The translations under genes and the position numbers were made by a program. A DNA stretch of 64,000 nt, taken from Hyphomicrobiales bacterium (GTDB taxonomy: Bacteria; Pseudomonadota; Alphaproteobacteria; Rhizobiales; CAJQND01). The stretch spans positions 1,296,107-1,360,106 of the forward strand of contig CBDBFP010000002.1 in NCBI GenBank assembly GCA_965204985.1, given 5' to 3'. This document shows positions 60,616 to 64,000 of this stretch, one piece after another. The number at the start of each line of letters is the position of its first letter. The first letter of the stretch is position 1. The notes beneath the pieces were generated by a model. It saw only the letters and a list, made by a program, of their open reading frames with translations. It was not told the DNA's origin and did no database searches.

Positions 60616-60787
60616 CTTCCGCAGTTCGTGAAATGCTTCCTCGCTTCACTGCTGCGTAAAAGTAACGGAGAGCTTTAGGTGTGAGCTCCATTCTATTCCT
60701 CTGAATTTCCGGGCAATATGCCTCAGACTTTCTGTTTTTCAAATGAATGAAATTGAGCGATGCTGGATGCAGGTCAGGGAGCTCATC

Positions 60788-61795
60788 ATGTCAGAGACAA
60801 CACAGACAACAAGTCCATCCCGGCGGCCGGCTGACCGCCAATGGAATCACCAGGTGCAGTTGCCTGTTCAGGTTTCCCCGGTATTCATCTGGCCGCCGAA
60901 CCCGCGCAGGATTTTGTCCTGGTTCTGGAACTCCTGGTTTCTGATTTCCGAGAAGTTCATTCTGGTTGGCATCGCCTTTGTCTGCTGGCTGTATCTGCAT
61001 CCGGCGCTGGAACGCTGCAAGCAATTCGAATTCGGCTGGATTGCGGAGATCCATTTGCGCAATCTCGGCCTTATGTTTCTCGTGGCTGGAGGGTTGCATC
61101 TCTACTTCTACACCTGGAAACGGCAGGGCAATGACAGGAAGTACGATGCCCGGCCGCTCGCCAGGGGGCGTGCATTCACCTTGGGAAATCAAGTGTTTGA
61201 CAACATGATTTGGTCTTGCGCCAGCGGGGTCACGATCTGGACCGCGTATGAAGCGGTGATGATGTGGAGCTTCGCCAATGGCTATTTGTCGATCCTGAAC
61301 TTCAGCGAAAATCCTGTGTGGTTTGTGGTGATCTTCGCCCTGGTGCCCCTGTGGGAGTCGCACTATTTCTATTGGATCCACCGGCTGCTGCACGTGAAAG
61401 TCCTGTACGACCTTGCGCACAATCTGCACCACAGGAACACCAATGTGGGGCCCTGGTCCGGGTTTTCCATGCATCCCATCGAGCACATACTCTATCTGGG
61501 CTCCGTGCTGGTGCACTGGCTGATCGTTTCCCATCCGGTGCACGTGATGTACCATCTTCAATATCTTGCCTTGACGGCCGCCACGACACACTCGGGTTTT
61601 GAAGGTGTCGTGGTCAAGGATAAGAACCGCCTCGCGCTTGGCACGTTTCACCATCAGATGCATCACCGCTATTTTGAGTGCAATTACGGCAGCCTGGAAA
61701 TCCCGTGGGACAAGTGGTTCGGCTCCATGCACGACGGCACGCCGGAAAGCCACGAGCGCATGAAAAAGCGCCGCTGGCAGCAGGCTGAGGGGTAA
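60788..61795 (+). CDS. fatty-acid hydroxylase / sterol desaturase superfamily membrane di-iron enzyme
   Basis: His boxes HRLLH, HNLHHRN, HPIEH and HHQMHH, with TM helices. GGGAG lies 8 nt before the ATG at 60788. Confidence 0.8.
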   Translation: MSETTQTTSPSRRPADRQWNHQVQLPVQVSPVFIWPPNPRRILSWFWNSWFLISEKFILVGIAFVCWLYLHPALERCKQFEFGWIAEIHLRNLGLMFLVAGGLHLYFYTWKRQGNDRKYDARPLARGRAFTLGNQVFDNMIWSCASGVTIWTAYEAVMMWSFANGYLSILNFSENPVWFVVIFALVPLWESHYFYWIHRLLHVKVLYDLAHNLHHRNTNVGPWSGFSMHPIEHILYLGSVLVHWLIVSHPVHVMYHLQYLALTAATTHSGFEGVVVKDKNRLALGTFHHQMHHRYFECNYGSLEIPWDKWFGSMHDGTPESHERMKKRRWQQAEG

Positions 61796-62084
61796 GCGAG
61801 CTGATTTTGGGTTGAGCGTTCGTTAACAGTCGCAGGCTACTTTGAAGGCAGCTGATTTCGACAAGCGGAGTAATTCCATGGAAACGCCTGCGGGCAACGG
61901 GCAGGGATGGCGCGACCCTTTCGATTTTCCTTACGGTGTGGGATGATCGGCGCAGGCGGATTGAGCCTGATTGCCCTGGGTTTGTCGGTCTGGAGCGGTT
62001 CACAGAGTCTCGACCGGAACAGCATATTCCCGCCAGGGAACCTTGCCCCTTGAGGCGGCCGGGTATCGCGGCTAGGGATATCGA

Positions 62085-63638
62085 ATGGCTTACGCGTACA
62101 AGGAATTCCCTTATGTAACCCCGCCCGCCTTGAGCGGCGAGAGTGAAACACGTCATCGGGTTGTCATCGTCGGTGCGGGGCCAATTGGCCTCGCGATGGC
62201 CATTGATCTGGCGCTGAAGGGTGTGCCGTCAGTTGTGCTCGACGACAACAATATGGTCTCGACCGGGTCGCGCGCAATCTGCTGGGCCAAGCGGACGCTG
62301 GAAGTTTTCGACCGGTTGGGCGTTGGCAAACGTATGGTTGAAAAAGGGGTGACCTGGAAGGTCGGCCGGCTCTACCGCGGCGAGGAAGAGGTCTGCAATT
62401 TTGATCTGCTTCCTGAAGATGGTCATCGGATGCCGGCATTTATCAACCTCCAGCAATATTATGTGGAGGAATATCTGGTCGCGCGCTGCAGGGAGTTTCC
62501 TGAGCTGATTGCCCTTCGCTTCAAGAACAAGGTGGTCAGCGTTTCGCAATCCGGTGACCAGGTGAGTGCGAAAGTTGATACGCCCGATGGAGCATATGAG
62601 ATCGAGGCCCAATACCTCCTTGCCTGTGACGGTGCAGGTTCGCCTGTGCGTCAGATGATGGGCCTCGACTTTGCAGGTCAACTGTTTGAGGAGCGCTTCC
62701 TGATCGCGGATATCGTCATGGAAGCGGACTTTCCATGCGAACGCCGTTTCTGGTTTGAGCCGCCGTTCCACGCAGGCCAGTCCGCACTTCTTCACAAGCA
62801 GCCCGACAATATCTACCGCATCGACCTGCAGCTGGGTTGGGACGCGGATCCGGAGGAGGAAAAAAAGCCTGAAAACGTTGTCCCCCGCATAAAACGGATG
62901 ATTGGAGATCGCCCGTTCGAGATCGACTGGGTTTCCGTCTACACGTTCCAGTGCCGCCGCCTCGAACGGTTCCTGCATGACCGGGTGATCTTCGCTGGTG
63001 ACAGCGCCCACGTGGTCAGCCCGTTCGGCGCGCGAGGCGGGAATGGCGGGATCCAGGACGTGGACAATCTGGGGTGGAAACTGGCGCTTGTTCTGTCGGG
63101 CGAAGGCAGCCCGGATCTGCTGGAAAGTTACAACACCGAGCGCACGTTCGGTGCCGATGAGAACATTATGAACTCTTCGCGCTCCACAAACTTCATGTCG
63201 CCAAAGGAAGGGCCCGAGACGCTGTTTCGCGCGGCTGTGCTGGATCTGGCGGGGGAAGCTCCCTTTGCACGCGTCATGGTGAATTCGGGCCGCCTGTCTG
63301 TGCCGTGTGCACTGGACCTGCGGGGTGCAGATTCAAACGAGCTCCCCGTTGCCACCAGGCCCGGCACCTCAATGCTTGATGCGCCGCTTGATGACGAATG
63401 GTTGCTGGAGAAGGTTGGCGGTGAATTCATGATCCTGGGCCTGAACACCGAAGCGGGCGAGATTGAAGGCGCCCGCACGCTTAATCTGAAAGCCGGTGGC
63501 CTGTTGGTGGAGCGCTATCTTGGAGCTGCAAGGCAAGCCGTCTATCTGATCCGTCCGGACCAGCATATTGCCGCAAGATGGCTGGACTTCGATCCGGCCA
63601 GCCTTTCTGCGGCCATCGCAAAAGCCAAGGGACATTGA
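62085..63638 (+). CDS. FAD-dependent aromatic monooxygenase (paralog type of 27456-28994)
   Basis: VVIVGAGPIGLAMAIDL, CDGAGSPVR and FAGDSAHVVSPFGARGGNGGIQDVDN. Confidence 0.8.
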   Translation: MAYAYKEFPYVTPPALSGESETRHRVVIVGAGPIGLAMAIDLALKGVPSVVLDDNNMVSTGSRAICWAKRTLEVFDRLGVGKRMVEKGVTWKVGRLYRGEEEVCNFDLLPEDGHRMPAFINLQQYYVEEYLVARCREFPELIALRFKNKVVSVSQSGDQVSAKVDTPDGAYEIEAQYLLACDGAGSPVRQMMGLDFAGQLFEERFLIADIVMEADFPCERRFWFEPPFHAGQSALLHKQPDNIYRIDLQLGWDADPEEEKKPENVVPRIKRMIGDRPFEIDWVSVYTFQCRRLERFLHDRVIFAGDSAHVVSPFGARGGNGGIQDVDNLGWKLALVLSGEGSPDLLESYNTERTFGADENIMNSSRSTNFMSPKEGPETLFRAAVLDLAGEAPFARVMVNSGRLSVPCALDLRGADSNELPVATRPGTSMLDAPLDDEWLLEKVGGEFMILGLNTEAGEIEGARTLNLKAGGLLVERYLGAARQAVYLIRPDQHIAARWLDFDPASLSAAIAKAKGH

Positions 63639-63640
63639 GG

Positions 63641-63835
63641 ATGGCATCGCTCATCGAAACCCCTAACATTGCCGACCGCGACGGATTTTACCAGGAGCTG
63701 CTGAAGTGTCACGATGGTCTGGATGAGGCGCAGAGCAACGCTCTCAATGCGCGTCTCGTCCTCATTCTGGCAAACCATATCGGCGACGAAGAAGTTTTGC
63801 AGGAAGGTCTGGCGTTGGCGGCGCGGACGGGGTAG
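63641..63835 (+). CDS. small DUF2783-like protein (64 aa)
   Basis: MASLIETPNIADRDGFYQELLKCHDGLDEAQSNALNARLVLILANHIGD. Starts 3 bp after the monooxygenase stop. Family name is from memory. Confidence 0.55.
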   Translation: MASLIETPNIADRDGFYQELLKCHDGLDEAQSNALNARLVLILANHIGDEEVLQEGLALAARTG

Positions 63836-63875
63836 GGAACGCCCAGACATGTCTCGCTTCCGGGGGGCCGATATC

Positions 63876-64000
63876 ATGGCACGATTCAACCGCATCCTCG
63901 TCACAGGTGCCGCCGGCGCTTTGGGCGGTGTTCTGCGCAAAGGACTTGCACCTCTGGCAAATACCATCCGGGCCTCCGACATGAAGGAAATGGAGCCGGC
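63876..64000 (+). CDS. NAD-dependent epimerase/dehydratase (SDR) N-terminus, partial at window end
   Basis: MARFNRILVTGAAGALGGVLRKGL Rossmann motif. Runs off the window. Confidence 0.6.
   Translation, partial: MARFNRILVTGAAGALGGVLRKGLAPLANTIRASDMKEMEP

Noticed and set aside
60791-61753. 320-aa minus-strand ORF
   Set aside because: It is antisense to the His-box hydroxylase gene and has no motifs. It is a shadow ORF.

Overview
The window looks like an alphaproteobacterial chromosome segment. This is inferred from gene content and synteny: ruvX-gatCAB, trkAH, leuA, and a B12-riboswitch cbtBA-cobWNO operon. The backbone is GC-rich and heavily disturbed by insertion sequences and gene decay.

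**Backbone content**
- Amino-acid and aromatic catabolic enzymes: PLP dehydratase, class-III aminotransferase, 2-hydroxyacid dehydrogenase, gentisate-dioxygenase-like bicupin, two MhpA-like FAD monooxygenases, a ferredoxin reductase, a VOC dioxygenase and a Rieske oxygenase.
- Housekeeping and transport: TrkA/TrkH, RuvX, GatCAB, a peptide-type ABC substrate-binding protein, HspQ, an ABC-F ATPase and LeuA with a Leu-rich leader ORF.
- A long Chloroflexus-type malyl-CoA-lyase homolog, divergent from a family-III CoA-transferase.
- A cobalamin riboswitch followed by cbtB-cbtA-cobW-cobN-cobO.
- A DmdA-like GcvT-family aminomethyltransferase cluster.

**Genomic island (about 7.6-22.3 kb)**
- It starts at a truncated tRNA-Arg(CCT) 5' half and a shattered integrase.
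- It is visibly more AT-rich than the backbone.
- Cargo: an orphan methyltransferase-like gene, a 516-aa orphan secreted protein, and a three-gene module. The module is a 63-aa coiled-coil protein, a Stf0/NodH-like sulfotransferase with a tandem SPKR-repeat tail, and a 709-aa GT4 glycosyltransferase.
- This three-gene module is my best candidate for an undescribed system. I interpret it as sulfated-glycan tailoring, but function is inferred from motifs only.

**Mobile elements**
- Two inverted IS5-family copies (one truncated).
- One IS3-family element with a nonsense mutation in orfA.
- IS1595-family remnants.
- At least five IS630-family remnants and other transposase shards.

**Gene decay**
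At least eight non-IS genes are pseudogenised: LysE, MFS, MscS, lytic transglycosylase, an FAD oxidoreductase, the integrase, the tRNA and a hypothetical ORF.

**Limits**
No CRISPR array and no intact RNA gene were found. All calls rest on reading the translations and the DNA by eye. No searches were run, and family names are from remembered motifs.
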